Shown here: positions 34,227-34,576 of the stretch, one piece after another
Layout: the number at the start of each line of letters is the position of its first letter
Position numbering within the stretch: the stretch's first letter is position 1
Assembly (NCBI GenBank): GCA_036786925.1
Contig: DAIQQI010000002.1
Span: 1-34,576, forward strand
Origin: Steroidobacteraceae bacterium
GTDB lineage: Bacteria; Pseudomonadota; Gammaproteobacteria; Steroidobacterales; Steroidobacteraceae
Length of the DNA stretch: 34,576 nt
Reading direction: 5' to 3'
The notes under the pieces: generated by a model
What the model was told of the DNA's origin: nothing
Seen by the model: the letters and a program-made list of their open reading frames with translations, nothing else
The model's database searches: none
Translations under genes and position numbers: made by a program

Positions 34227-34576
34227 ATGAACTACAATCGACGCAAGTTTCTCCGCAGGGTTTCCGCCGGCGGCCTGGCCTACGCGCTGTCGCGCACACC
34301 GGGTACCGTTTGGGGCCAGATGGCCGGCGCCGGCGGCTTCGGCGAGTATCGCGCCCTGGTCTGCGTATTCATGTTCGGCGGCAACGATTCCTGGAACATG
34401 GTCGTGCCGCGCACCACGGCCGAGTACAACGCCTACAACAGCGCGCGCGGCGGTGACCAGGGCGTCGGCGCCGGGCTGGCGGTGCCGTTAGCTTCGCTTC
34501 TGCCGATCGACCCGATCGGCACTACCGGCGCGCCTTTCGGATTTCATCCGAGCATGACCGGCGTGCAGCAGCTGTT
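34227..34576 (+). CDS. DUF1501 domain protein (5' partial, runs off the window)
   Basis: ATG 34227 has GGAG upstream. It has a TAT signal (NRRKFLRRVSAGGLA) and the FGGNDS.N block typical of DUF1501. This is the usual partner of DUF1800. Confidence 0.75.
   Translation, partial: MNYNRRKFLRRVSAGGLAYALSRTPGTVWGQMAGAGGFGEYRALVCVFMFGGNDSWNMVVPRTTAEYNAYNSARGGDQGVGAGLAVPLASLLPIDPIGTTGAPFGFHPSMTGVQQL

Larger units (their letters stand above)
509..34491. repeat. Dispersed over-represented hexamer CTAACR / YGTTAG (71 copies of the CTAAC core)
   Basis: CTAAC on + starts at 1207, 2476, 3017, 3741, 4643, 5582, 5878, 6661, 8148, 10599, 12404, 13114, 15007, 15258, 15442, 16677, 16767, 17700, 18714, 20018, 20282, 21458, 21824, 22370, 23973, 24106, 24818, 25055, 25694, 25956, 26880, 27206, 27554, 27910, 28627, 28815, 29756, 30140, 30298, 32392, 33258, 34143. 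GTTAG on + starts at 509, 1779, 1898, 3851, 4929, 5211, 7318, 8125, 10070, 10367, 11458, 11861, 13568, 13881, 15339, 17923, 18519, 19651, 20481, 20712, 22392, 22999, 23393, 30623, 30857, 32710, 32998, 34069, 34487. The sixth base is A 48 times, G 22 times, C once and T never. Counted by hand; the coding copies were also checked for reading frame against the ORF track. Confidence 0.85.

Noticed and set aside
1-34576. Search for mobile elements, CRISPR arrays, rRNA/tRNA genes and defence-system genes (nucleases, helicases, TIR/SIR2, reverse transcriptases, toxin-antitoxin pairs).
   Set aside because: I saw no transposase, integrase or phage-like ORFs, no long direct or inverted repeats, no spacer-repeat arrays and no structured RNA genes. 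The only repetitive signal is the dispersed CTAACR hexamer.

Overview
This is a high-GC window (about two-thirds G+C, judged by eye) that looks like a chromosomal segment from a proteobacterium. It is densely coding, with about 40 CDS. I found no rRNA, tRNA, CRISPR array, transposase, integrase or phage genes. Most genes are ordinary accessory metabolism or envelope functions: alpha/beta hydrolases, NmrA, SDR, Zn-ADH, an acyl-CoA ligase, Usp, GNAT, KAS III, a TAT-exported amine oxidase, a PON-like arylesterase, and DUF1800/DUF1501.

Two things stand out.

(1) The asymmetric hexamer CTAACR (YGTTAG on the other strand) occurs about 70 times, roughly one per 490 bp. It appears in nearly every gene, in both orientations and in all three reading frames. 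It is encoded through codons this genome otherwise avoids: TTA, CTA, NCT-AAC and AGR. That points to selection or design at the DNA level, not to a coding or translational effect.

(2) A CarH/LitR-type regulator (MerR HTH plus a B12-binding domain with intact Wx9EH and ExHxxG motifs) is transcribed divergently from a tightly coupled seven-gene minus-strand operon. The operon encodes a single-barrel 'core' MetE-like methyltransferase, an SDR, an Asp/Glu-racemase-fold protein that appears to lack both catalytic cysteines, a MacB/FtsX-type ABC permease and ATPase, a signal-peptide-bearing double CbiX/CbiK-like chelatase-fold protein, and a Yip1-domain membrane protein. Thirteen CTAACR copies lie within this operon, all in one orientation; they belong to a run of 15 same-orientation copies.

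An unlisted 40-codon gene for ribosomal protein bTHX is also present. All coordinates and counts were made by hand from the sequence. All family assignments come from motif recognition, not from searches.
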